The notes beneath the pieces were generated by a model. It saw nothing but the letters and a program-made list of their open reading frames with translations, searched no databases and was not told where the DNA came from. DNA of 64,000 nt from contig OZ024742.1 in NCBI GenBank assembly GCA_964016885.1, positions 45,756,001 through 45,820,000 on the forward strand. The letters are read 5' to 3'. Position numbers and translations under genes: made by a program. This stretch comes from Eledone cirrhosa (taxonomy: Eukaryota). Position 1 is the stretch's first letter; each line of letters opens with the position of its first letter. Shown here in pieces: positions 1 to 11,814 of this stretch.

Positions 1-322
1 GGGTGATGCAAGAAAAAGCGCCCGGACCACTCTGTAAGGTGGTAGTGCTGGTGACATGACAAAAAATGTCCAGTCCGCCCTGCAAGGGGGTAGTGATGGT
101 GATACAACAAAAAATGCCCAGTTCACCCTGTAAGGTGGTTGTGCTGGTGACATGATGAAAAAGCACCCAGTCCGCACTGTAATGTGGGTGATGTTAGGAA
201 TGGTATCCAGCCACAGAAAGCAAGCCAAAATACAGATCCGTATGAGCATGACTTGTTTCATAACATGACAATCTATCTAACCCATGCAAGCATGGAAAAA
301 TGGAGGTGAGACAATGATGATG
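1..322 (+). mobile_element. Degenerate SINE/RTE 3' region with about 4 copies of a ~46-bp internal module
   Basis: Repeated 'aaaaa(g/t)gcccagtccgcactgtaa(g)gtggt' modules, then 'gttaggaatggtatccagcc...ctaacccatgcaagcatggaaaa...gatgatg', matching the 3' ends of RTE copies elsewhere in the window. Confidence 0.7.
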
Positions 323-419
323 TACTTACATTTAACAAAACAATAAAAGAACTAGAATTTGCAAGGAGTAAACCTAAAAAATGTAGGACTATGCCAAATA
401 ACCTATCTGCCCCACCACT

Positions 420-518
420 TCATAGATTCAATATTATGTGAGATAATTATATATGATAAAGCCTTTACTGCAAAAATACAATAGTAAATATAGAGTAATG
501 TAAATGCTAAAGGGTTAA
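420..518. mobile_element. Partial piggyBac-like MITE (right end)
   Basis: Ends 'aatgctaaagggTTAA'; homologous to the right halves of the copies at 41052-41491 and 42170-42389. Confidence 0.65.
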
Positions 519-944
519 AGATGTTGGACATGGAGGTGGATGACCACTCTACTAAAGGTTTGTTTTGCTTGGCACTGCAAGAACCATTCATGGGTAGTCA
601 TGTCCTCTCTCCTTACACCAGTCATGGGAACTACTACCACCCTCCCCACCCTTACTCAGCAATAAAAAAAGTCAGGAGTTTCAGTTTTCAAATATCCTAT
701 TAGTACCTTAATTAATGTCTAATACCTGACAGTATTTAAAGTAATATAGGTCAGAAGAGTTGCCATAACACACTGGACTAGCTGTTTTTATTATTTCCTT
801 ATTAGGTTTATGTTCTCCTATTTTCATAGCCCACCTTTTACGAAGGCATACTTTGTATTTCATGCTTCAGAGATCAATTGAAATAAGAGTCAATATATAA
901 CACAGCCATCAATTTTATCATCAACTATTGACACAAAAGAAATC

Positions 945-1590
945 AGTTATTGATGATTGCTACTGTCAACTATAGCTATTGCCAGTAATAGTATTGTCAG
1001 CAATAACTATTGTCAACTGTAGCTATTGCCAATAATAGTTATTGTCAACAGTAGGTATTGTCAATAATAACAGTAGCTATTGCCAACAGTAGCTATTGTC
1101 ATCTGTAGCTATTGCCAATAATAACTACTAACAGCAATAACTATTGTCAACTGCAGCTATTGCCAATAATAGCTATTGTCAACTGTAGCTATTGCCAACT
1201 AGCTATTGCCAATAATAGCTATTATCAACTGTAGCTATTGCCAGTAATAGCTATTGTCAACAGTTGCTATTATCAACAGTAGCAATTGCCAACAGTAAGT
1301 AGCTATTGTCAACTGTAGCTATTGTCAATAATATCTATATCAACAATGCCTATTGTCAATTACAACTATTGTCAATAACAACTATTGTCATTAGTAGCTA
1401 TTGTTAATATTAGCTATTATCAATATTAGCTACTGTCAATAATAGCTATTGTCAACAATGACTATTGACAACAATAGCAACTGTCAATAATAGCTTTTAT
1501 CAATAATAGCTATTATCAATATTAGCTATTATCAATAACAACTATTGCCGATAATAGCTATTGACAATAATAGTTATTGTCAACAATAAC
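945..1590. repeat. Degenerate minisatellite, ~15-bp unit (tagctattgtcaaca/aat)
   Basis: Dozens of variants of 'agctattg(t/c)caa(c/t)a' in tandem. Confidence 0.85.
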
Positions 1591-2055
1591 ATATCTCATG
1601 ATAACAACTTGATATTCAAATAGTTGAAACCATAATCCATGAAACTAAAAGGAAATAAAAAAGTATGAATTCAGAGAAGATGTTTCTTTAATAATTTTGT
1701 TTTCTTGTTAACTAATTAACATGAATAAGGCTACAAATTAGCCCCCTTTAATTTTCCTAGACTATCTCTACCTCTCTCTCATCAACTATCAAATTACCTC
1801 CCTTACTGTTTCTTTAATGTACTCTATATCTAAAACACCACTCCCATTATATTTCTTACTCTTTCTTTTTATCCTTTTTTCCGTGGCGCCTACACGTCCA
1901 CTTGAAGGGTGGTTTTTCTGCTAGTATATATATATATATAACGTTAAGACCCTCTTCCTGCTATTTCAAGCATTAAACGAATATATTCTTTCCATATACT
2001 GTACCGTTTGTGTTGCTATTTCTGTTTACCTTTTACATACATACATACACACATA

Positions 2056-2380
2056 CATGGCTTAGTGGTTAGAGCATTGGCCTTGCAATTGAAAGGTTGT
2101 GAGTTCAATTCTCAGACCGGGTGATGTGTTGTTTCCTTGAGCAAGACACTTTATTTCACATTGTTCCAGTTTACTCAGCTGTAGAAATGAGATGATGGGG
2201 ACTGGGGTCCCTATCATTCCACTGCAAAGTGGTCGTGGAGGTGCCACGGAAAAAAAGCACCCAGCACTCACTCTAAATGAAGTTGGTGTTAGGAAGGGCA
2301 TCCAGCTGTAGAAATCAAGCCAGAATCAGTTCCCGTCCCATATTTGCAAGCAGGGAAAAGTGGATGTAAAATGATGAAAA
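2056..2380 (+). mobile_element. tRNA-derived SINE with CORE-like domain and RTE-type 3' tail
   Basis: A box 'tggcttagtggtt', B box 'gagttcaattc', CORE-like 'ccttgagcaagacacttta', tail shared with the RTE 3' UTR; near-identical copies at 32750-33075, 47140-47465 and 61335-61655. Confidence 0.85.
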
Positions 2381-2385
2381 TATAT

Positions 2386-4548
2386 AATGATGATGATGTA
2401 CTTGCCATCACTGACGCTGATAAGAAAGTAGCTTGGAAATGTCACTACGAAAGGCTACTAAATGTGGAGAATAAATGGGTGAAAGACAGTCTCCCCCACA
2501 TCGATCCAATAGAGGGACCAGCAGTGCAAGTGACGGTAGTATAATAAGTAAGGCAATCAAAGATATGAAAACGGGCAAGGCGGCTGGGCCTTCGGAATTA
2601 GTTGCTGAAATGCTGAAAGCATCTGGAACGGTAGGACACACTTTGTCACCTGGATAGTAAACCAAGTCATACAGAATGGGGTCATACCAAAGGACTGGCA
2701 TAGCAGCATCATCATTAACTGCTACAAGGGTAAAGGAGGTGCCCTAGATAGAGGAAACTATAGAGGCATTAAATTAATTGACCAGGTCATGAAGGTCACA
2801 GAAAAAGTAATAGCGGAAATAATGAGAGACTGATTTGATCTAGACGAAATGCAATTCGGGTTTGTGTCAGGTAAAAGTACAACAGACGCCCTTTTCCTTG
2901 TACGACAACTACAGGAGAAGTACCTAGCTAAAAGTAAACCCCTATACTTAGCCTTTGTTGACTTGGAGAAAGCCTTTGACAGAGTACCCCGCTCGATTAT
3001 CTGGTGGGCCCTTAGAAAACTAGGTGTTGAAGAATGGCTTGTGAGAGCTATACAAGCCATGTATAAAGAAACAGTCAGCAAGGTTAGAATTAACAACGAA
3101 TATAGTGAAGAGTTTAGCGTAAAAGTTGGTGCTCATCAGGGCTCCGTCCTTAGCCTCCTGCTATTTATTATTGCCCTTCAGGCTATAACAGAGAGTTCAA
3201 GACCGGCTGCCCATGGGAACTCCTATATGCAGATGATCTAACGCTCATAGCTGAATCAATGGCGGAACTAGAGAAGAAATTCCAAACATGGAAGCATGGC
3301 CTAGAATCAAAAGGCCTTAGAGTTAACTTGTCTATGACTAAAGTTCTAGTTTGTAGGAAGGAAAATAGGGCACCGGTCCCATCTGGGAAATGGCCATGCT
3401 CAGTGTGTAGGAAAGGAGTAGGCAGAAACTCCATTTTATATCCCAAATGGAAAGTATGGGTGCATAAAAGATGTAGTGGGATCACAGGTAAGCTAACTAA
3501 GAATATAGATTTTATATGTGGCCAGTGCTCAGGTGCAATAAGTAGTAGCAAGTGCCCACAGAATACTAGCTCATTTTATTGCCCAGATGGTTCTATAGAA
3601 ATAGTGGACACCTTCCGTTACCTGGGTGACAAAATCAGCAGTGGTGGAGGGTGCTCTGAAAGTACAGTAGCTAGAGTCAGAATGGGATGGAAAAAGTTCA
3701 GAGAGCTTATACCACTAAAGGTTTCTCTCTAAAAATGTAAGGCAGACTGTATGATGCCTGCATACGAACAGCAATGTTACGTAGCAGTGAGACATGGGCA
3801 TTGTGTTCAGAGGATCTACGCAGACTGGAAAGGAACGAAGCATGCATGCTCTGTTGGATGTGCAATATTAATATACGTGAACGGCAAAGCATAAATGTAC
3901 TAAGTGAAAAATTAGGAATAAGAGGGATCAGATGCTGTTTACTCGAGAGAAGACAATGTTGGTATGGTCACGTGATGCGCATGAAAGACGACAGCTGTAT
4001 AAAAAAGTGTAGGGCGATCAAAATAAACGGTAGCTACGGAGTAGGCAGACCCAGAAAAACCTGGGATGACTTGATAAATTCCGACCTTACACACTTACAC
4101 CTCTCCAAGACAATGTCACTGGACCGAGATCTTTGGTGCTACGCAGTAATACAGGAGACCCTCCTTGCCTAGGTACAGAGCGAAACCTATAGTCAGTAGG
4201 CACCTCCTAACCAAAATACACCCCCCGTCCCACTACCCCTACTCCCACCCCCATCTACACTACCCCTTTCGATGTAAAGTTATGTTGGTACCACAAATAA
4301 ATGAGGTTGTGTAGGTGTCACGACAAAAGAAACACACTGCCCACGCTGTAATGTGGCCGTGTAGGTAACACGGTAAAAACCTCCCAGTCCACACTGTAAA
4401 CGTGGTTGGTGTTAGGAAGGGCATCCAGCCATAGAAAACCCACCAGACAGTCCTATACGAGCAAGACAACTAATCTTGCCTCAAGTGGGACAATTGCCGT
4501 CTAAACCCATGCTAGCATGGAAGATAGACGTTAAACGATGATGATGAT
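2386..4548 (+). mobile_element. 5'-truncated RTE-clade LINE with frameshifts and stops
   Basis: ORF fragments with RT motifs QFGF, FVDLEKAFDRVP, HQGSVLS, YADD and WYGHVMRM; 3' UTR ends in (GAT)n. Confidence 0.93.
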
Positions 4549-4566
4549 ATATACATATATATATAT

Positions 4567-6902
4567 AAATTGGAATAAATGCTCTGAAATAGCGATATAT
4601 ATGTGAGTATAGACATAGAATATTCGAAAATATTCTGTATGTTTATAATAAACATTTTGAAGACCTAATCGCTATAGAATAGAATACGTCACGTATTACA
4701 ATTAGATTCTCGATAAAAGCAAGGGAAGTAATCTACGCGTTTCATTCTTGTTAGAATTCATCAGGACTACATATCCAGTGCTTTTATCGAGAATGACACA
4801 GCTAGAGACTTATAGAATACTTAGCTGTGTACTGGAACTGGTTTGAAAGAGCGGTTGCCGGTCCGGCAGAAATTAGAAATTGGAATAAATGCTCTGAAAT
4901 AGCGATATATATGTGAGTATAGACATAGAATATTCGAAAATATTCTGTATGTTTATAATAAACATTTTGAAGACCTAATCGCTATAGAATAGAATACGTC
5001 ACGTATTACAATTAGATTCTCGATAAAAGCAAGGGAAGTAATCTACGCGTTTCATTCTTGTTAGAATTCATCAGGACTACATATCCAGTGCTTTTATCGA
5101 GAATGACACAGCTCTTTCAAACCAGTTCCAGTACACAGCTAAGTATTCTATAAGTCTCTAGCTGTGTCATTCTCGATAAAAGCACTGGATATGTAGTCCT
5201 GATGAATTCTAACAAGAATGAAACGCGTAGATTACTTCCCTTGCTTTTATCGAGAATCTAATTGTAATACGTGACGTATTCTATTCTATAGCGATTAGGT
5301 CTTCAAAATGTTTATTATAAACATACAGAATATTTTCGAATATTCTATGTCTATACTCACATATATATCGCTATTTCAGAGCATTTATTCCAATTTCTAA
5401 TTTCTGCCGGACCGGCAACCGCTCTTTCAAACCAGTTCCAGTACACAGCTAAGTATTCTATAAGTCTCTAGCTGTGTCATTCTCGATAAAAGCACTGGAT
5501 ATGTAGTCCTGATGAATTCTAACAAGAATGAAACGCGTAGATTACTTCCCTTGCTTTTATCGAGAATCTAATTGTAATACGTGACGTATTCTATTCTATA
5601 GCGATTAGGTCTTCAAAATGTTTATTATAAACATACAGAATATTTTCGAATATTCTATGTCTATACTCACATATATATCGCTATTTCAGAGCATTTATTC
5701 CAATTTCTAATTTCTGCCGGACCGGCAACCGCTCTTTCAAACCAGTTCCAGTACACAGCTAAGTATTCTATAAGTCTCTAGCTGTGTCATTCTCGATAAA
5801 AGCACTGGATATGTAGTCCTGATGAATTCTAACAAGAATGAAACGCGTAGATTACTTCCCTTGCTTTTATCGAGAATCTAATTGTAATACGTGACGTATT
5901 CTATTCTATAGCGATTAGGTCTTCAAAATGTTTATTATAAACATACAGAATATTTTCGAATATTCTATGTCTATACTCACATATATATCGCTATTTCAGA
6001 GCATTTATTCCAATTTCTAATTTCTGCCGGACCGGCAACCGCTCTTTCAAACCAGTTCCAGTACACAGCTAAGTATTTTAAGTCTCTAGCTGTGTCATTC
6101 TCGATAAAAGCACTGGATATGTAGTCCTGATGAATTCTAACAAGAATGAAACGCGTAGATTACTTCCCTTGCTTTTATCGAGAATCTAATTGTAATACGT
6201 GACGTATTCTATTCTATAGCGATTAGGTCTTCAAAATGTTTATTATAAACATACAGAATATTTTCGAATATTCTATGTCTATACTCACATATATATCGCT
6301 ATTTCAGAGCATTTATTCCAATTTCTAATTTCTGCCGGACCGGCAACCGCTCTTTCAAACCAGTTCCAGTACACAGCTAAGTATTCTATAAGTCTCTAGC
6401 TGTGTCATTCTCGATAAAAGCACTGGATATGTAGTCCTGATGAATTCTAACAAGAATGAAACGCGTAGATTACTTCCCTTGCTTTTATCGAGAATCTAAT
6501 TGTAATACGTGACGTATTCTATTCTATAGCGATTAGGTCTTCAAAATGTTTATTATAAACATACAGAATATTTTCGAATATTCTATGTCTATACTCACAT
6601 ATATATCGCTATTTCAGAGCATTTATTCCAATTTCTAATTTCTGCCGGACCGGCAACCGCTCTTTCAAACCAGTTCCAGTACACAGCTAAGTATTCTATA
6701 AGTCTCTAGCTGTGTCATTCTCGATAAAAGCACTGGATATGTAGTCCTGATGAATTCTAACAAGAATGAAACGCGTAGATTACTTCCCTTGCTTTTATCG
6801 AGAATCTAATTGTAATACGTGACGTATTCTATTCTATAGCGATTAGGTCTTCAAAATGTTTATTATAAACATACAGAATATTTTCGAATATTCTATGTCT
6901 AT

Positions 6903-6904
<2 letters not shown>
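4567..6904. repeat. 310-bp tandem array with a hammerhead ribozyme in each unit (retrozyme-like); ~1.8 units in one orientation (4567-5113) then ~5.8 units inverted (5111-6904)
   Basis: Period 310 (tggaataaat at 4571 and 4881; gctctttcaa at 5111, 5421, 5731, 6041); units almost identical apart from one 2-nt deletion near 6078; (TA)n on both sides. Confidence 0.95.
5169..5257 (+). ncRNA. Type I hammerhead ribozyme, first + copy (further cores at 5509, 5819, 6127, 6437, 6747 on +; 4758-4764 and 5068-5074 on -)
   Basis: Stem I gtagtc/gattac; CTGATGA at 5199-5205; stem II attct-aaca-agaat; GAAA at 5220-5223; palindromic mini stem III ACGCGT; GUA cleavage after 5229; distal 16-bp stem attctcgataaaagca/tgcttttatcgagaat. 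Confidence 0.92.
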
Positions 6905-6943
<39 letters not shown>

Positions 6944-6944
6944 A

Positions 6945-7140
6945 TCATCATCATCATCATTTTACATCTGATTTCCATGCTGGTATGGGTTGGATGGTTT
7001 GTCACATTCCAAGACTAAACTAGTCAGATGACCACATCTTGCTCATAAATTTCATTTTGGCATGATTTCTATAGCTGGATGCTCTTCCGAATGTCCACCA
7101 CCTTACAGCACAGTCGACTGGGAGCATTTTATCATGTCAG
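6945..7140 (-). mobile_element. Old SINE/RTE 3' fragment
   Basis: (ATC)n followed by 'ttccatgctggtatgggtt...ttctatagctggatgctcttcc'. Confidence 0.6.
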
Positions 7141-8040
7141 CAACACCTCAACTTACAAAGTGAACTGGGGAGCCTATGTGTTGATATGTAAAGATTTATG
7201 CAAAGACTGTGCAAAGACTGTGGATTATAGAATAAAAAATAGCTTAGTGAATTTGGAATAATGCAGGTCTTTAGTTTTAAAACTTGCAGGCCTATGCCAA
7301 CTGCTCTCGTCTTCTGGCATGGAAATAGTTATTGGATTTCCAAGAAATGATAATTAAGACTGGCATGCTATACAAAGAGTGAAATAACATCTTTTTTCCT
7401 GACTCTGCACATCCAAAAACTAAGTACTGTGTTCTATGAGGTGCCATTGTGGCATCATAAAAAAAACAAAAAACAAAAAAAAAACATTCAAAATAAAATA
7501 TAAAACAATAACAAACCCAACACTATAAGCAATTAATCCCCAACAACAAACTCTGATTAGATTGTCTTGGCAACATAACTTACTTTTCTACTTTTAGTAA
7601 CCAACCATTAAAGTTCATAATATTTACTTTTGGGTTCTCGGTACTCTGTTTTTCTACATATCTGCACTAAGTAGACAGGAGATAGAGATAATGTTTTCAA
7701 ACACATTGCAACGTTGAAAGGTAAACTAAATAAAGAAGGACAAGGTGTGTTTCATGCTGGTCAATTACCTTTCTTATCCATGAAATAACTTTTATTGTTC
7801 AAAGATATGTAGGGTTATTTACTAAAAAGTTGTGCTTTATGACATTGTACACCATTTCTAAGAACACATGTTTAGTCATACTTTGATTCAAGTAGCTGCT
7901 TGGTACATAATCTGTGTTTTGGAGGTGATTACCGACCCATAAATAAAGTACCAGTCTGGTACTGAGGTTGATTCTTCCTCTATTTCTATCACTTATATAT
8001 ATATATATATATATATATATGTAGATATGTATATATATAT

Positions 8041-8198
8041 ATCATCATCATCACCGTTTTACGTACATTCTTCCACGCTAGCATGGGTTAGACGGGTTGT
8101 CCTGTTGTGGGCAGTGTCCGGTTGGCTGACCTTGTTTTGCTCATACGGGAACTGATTCTGGCTTGATTTCTACAGCTGGATGCCCTTCCTAACACCAA
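8041..8198 (-). mobile_element. RTE 3' UTR fragment
   Basis: Near-identical to 11815-11980. Confidence 0.8.
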
Positions 8199-8211
8199 TA
8201 TGTATATATAT

Positions 8212-11200
8212 ATCATCATCATCATGATCATCAACGTTTAACGTCCGTGTTCCACGCTTGCATGGGTTTGGACGGGGGTTTCCCACTTGAGGCAAGAGTG
8301 ATTGTCTTGCTCGCATAGGACTGTCTGGCAGGTTTTCTACAGTTGGATGCCCTTCCTAACACCAACCACATTTACAGTGTGGGTCTGGGAGGTTTTTACC
8401 GTGTTGCCTACACGGCCACATTACAGCGTGGACTGTGTGTTTTTTTTTTGTCGTGACACCTACACGATCTCATTTGTTTCGACCTGGATGGTGTGGCACC
8501 AACATAACTTTACATAGAAGGGGGCGGTGTGGATGGGGTGGGGGTGGTGAGACGGGGGTGTATTTTGTTAGAGATGCCTACTGACTGTAGTAGGTTTTAC
8601 TTTGTATTTAGGTAAGGCGGGTCTTCTCTATTACTGAGTACCGCCAAAGGTCTCGGTCCAGTGACATTGTCTTGGTGAGGTGTAAGTGTGTGAGGTCGGA
8701 GTTTATCAGCTCGTCCCAGGTTTTTCTAGGTCTGCCTATTCCGTGGCTACCGTCTATCTTTATTGCCCTGCACTTTGTTATACAGCTATCGTTCTTCATG
8801 CGCATCACGTGACCATACCAACGTAGCCTTCTCTCGAGTAAACAACATCTGACCCCTCTTATTTCTAATTTTTTCCTTAGTTCGTTTATGCTTTGTCGTT
8901 CACGTATGTTACTATTACACATCCAGCGGAGCATGTAAGCTTCGTTTCTCTCTAGTCTGCGTATATCCTCTGCACACAATGCTCAGGTCTCACTGCCATG
9001 CAACATTGCTGTTCGTATGCAGGCATCGTACAACCTGCCTTTCATTTTTAGGGAGAACCTTTTAGCGGCTAATAGTGGTATAAGCTCTCTGAACTTTTTC
9101 CACCCAGTTCTGACTCTAGCTACTGTACTTTCAGAGCACCCTCCCCCACTGCTGATTTTGTCACCCAGGTAATGGAAGCTGTCCACTATTTCTATAGAAC
9201 CCTCTGCGCAGTTGAAAGAGCTAGTATTTTGTGGGCACTTGCTGCTACTTATTGCCCCAGAACACCGGCCACATGTAAAATCTATGTTCTTAGTTAGCTT
9301 ACCTGTGATCCCACTACATCTTTTATGCACCCAAACTTTGCATTTGGGACACAAAATGGAGTTTCTACCTACGCCTTTCCTACACTCTGCGCATGGCCAC
9401 TTCCCGGAGGGGACCGCCGCCTTATTTTCTTTCTTACAAACTAGAACTTTAGTCTTAGCCAGGTTAATTTTAAGGCCTTTTGATTCTAGGCCGTGCTTCC
9501 ATGTTTGGAATTTCTTCTCTAGCTCGGCCATTGATTCAGCTATGAGCGTTAGATCATCTGCGTATAGGAGTTCCCATGGGCAGCCGGTCTTGAACTCCAC
9601 TGTTATAGCCTGGAGGGCAATAATAAATAGTAGGGGGCTAAGAACAGAGCCCTGATGAACACCACCAACTTTTACACTAAACTCTTCACTATATTCGTTG
9701 TTAATTCTAACCTTGCTGACTGTTTCTTTATACATGGCTTGTATAGCTCTCACAAGCCATTCATCAACACCTAGTTTTCTAAGAGCCCACCAGATAATGG
9801 AACGGGGGACTCTGTTGAAGGCCTTCTCCAAGTCGTCGAAAGCTAAGTATAGGGGTTTACTTTTAGCTAGGTACTTCTCCTGTAGTTGTCGTACAATGAA
9901 AAGAGCGTCTGTGGTACTTTTTCCTGACACAAACCCGAACTGCATTTCATCTAGATCAATTCGCTCTCTGATTAGTTGCGCTATTACTTTTTCCGTGACC
10001 TTCATGACCTGGTCGATTAATTTAATGCCTCTATAGTTACTCCTATCTAGGGCATCTCCTTTACTCTTATAACAGTTAACGATGATGCTGCTACACCAGT
10101 CCTTCGGAACAACCCCATTCTGTATGACTTGGTTGACTATCCGGGTGACCATGGTGTGTCCCACCGTACCAGATGCCTTCAGCATCTCGGCAACTATTTC
10201 CGAAGGCCCAGCCGCCTTGCCCGTCTTCATATCTTTGATTGCCTTACTTATTATACTACCCTCGACTAACACTGCTGGTCCCTTTATTGGGTCGATGTGG
10301 GGGAGACTGTCTTTCTCCCATTTATTCTCCTCATTTAGTAGCCTTTCATAGTGACACTTCCAAGCTACCTTCTTATCAGCGTCGGTGATGGCAAGTACGC
10401 CGTCATCGTTAAGTACACACTTCTCCCAGTCAATATCACTGTTTTCCTTGACACATTGCCTAGCAATCCTGAACACCTCACGTTTTTGGTCCTCACGTTG
10501 TAGAACATGCTTGAACTTTCTTTCCTCTGCTTCCCTTCTTGTGAAGTACACTTGTCTCCTAGCTTCCCTCCTGGCCACTTGATAGTCTTCTCTGCTTCCC
10601 CCATCCCGCCATACTTTCCAAGCCTGCTTTCTGGCCTTGATTGACCCCTCCACCTTACTGTTCCACCACCATATTACTCTCCTCCTGCCTACAGGCCTGC
10701 TCCAGCCACAGACTTCGTCTGCCGCCGTCAGCAGGTTTGCTTTCAGGAATTCCCACTGTTCCTCTACCTTGTACGACTCTAATTGCTCTTCCTTACTGTC
10801 GAAAGCATCAAGTAATATGCTTTGGAATTTATTTTTGGCTGTGGGGTCCTTTAGCTGCCATATTTTTCTCCTGAGGATAGTCCTCTTCTGTTGTCTAGTA
10901 CGTCTCGTCCTGACTATTAGGTCGCTAACTATGAGGCTATGTTGGGAGGTGCATTCTTCATGGGGGAGGGATTTAGTGTTTACAACAGACACTCTGTCAC
11001 GTCTTCTGGTAAGGATATAATCTATCTGACTGGTGTGTTCTCCTGATCTATAGGTGATCATGTGATTGTCTCACTTTTTGAAGTTTGTGTTACAGATAGT
11101 TAGGTTATTTGCATCACAGAATTCCAGGATTCTGGAGCCTTCCTCATTTCTAGTACCAAACCCATAGCCTCCATGGATTTCGTCGTAGCCGTCACAATGT

Positions 11201-11760
11201 TGTCCAACGTGACCATTTAGGTCGCCTGCAATAATTATATAGTCACTGTCGGTTATTTGGGAGGTAGTGAGCATCAGTGTCTCATAGAATCTGTCTTTTA
11301 TAGTGCTGGGCAGTCCGGATTGGGGTGCGTACGCGGATATTACTGTCACCGTAGTTCTATTGAGGACAAGTCTTATTTTAATTATTCTGTCGTTCACTCT
11401 ATTTACGTCTATTATCTTATCTGCCCACTTTTCTGCTACCATGATTCTTACTCCACCCAGCCCATTGTCATTTCCCACCCAGAAAAGCTTATAGCATCGT
11501 TTTCTACCCACAATGAATCTAGCAGATCCACCCCTCCACCTGGTCTCTTGAATACAACAAACATCGACCTCCTTACGTTCAAGCATTTCTACAACTTCGT
11601 TAGAGCGACCCTTTAAGGTGCCAACATTCAAGGTACCAAATCTGAAGTTTTGGATTGCGTTTGGGGAGTGGGAAAGGTGGGGAGCGGGGGGAGATGGGGT
11701 TATGTTAGCCATCCGCGACCGAACAAAGAGGCATGCCCGTATTTTCGTCCACGAGGTGTG
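8212..11760 (-). pseudogene. Full-length RTE-clade LINE; the single ORF (11712 to 8608) is broken by two in-frame TGA stops
   Basis: ORFs 11071-11712 (APE: NVGTL, IQETRW, SAYAPQ, GDLNGH), 8983-11061 (RT) and 8608-8979 share one frame; (GAT)n tail; 5' end abuts (TA)n. Confidence 0.93.
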
Positions 11761-11808
<48 letters not shown>

Positions 11809-11814
11809 GCATAT

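Noticed and set aside
2056-2130. tRNA gene
   Set aside because: A/B boxes are present but it is the head of a multi-copy SINE and lacks a proper acceptor stem
4567-6904. CRISPR array or protein-coding repeat
   Set aside because: Units are fully identical with no unique spacers, there are no cas genes or ORFs, and the context is eukaryotic
7678-7727. Possible short host exon (ag...AAAG|gtaaac)
   Set aside because: Weak splice signals, no recognisable protein and no partner exons
8983-11073. In-frame TGA codons as selenocysteine or read-through
   Set aside because: They align with Trp and with a non-Cys residue in sister copies, which lack the stops; ordinary nonsense mutations
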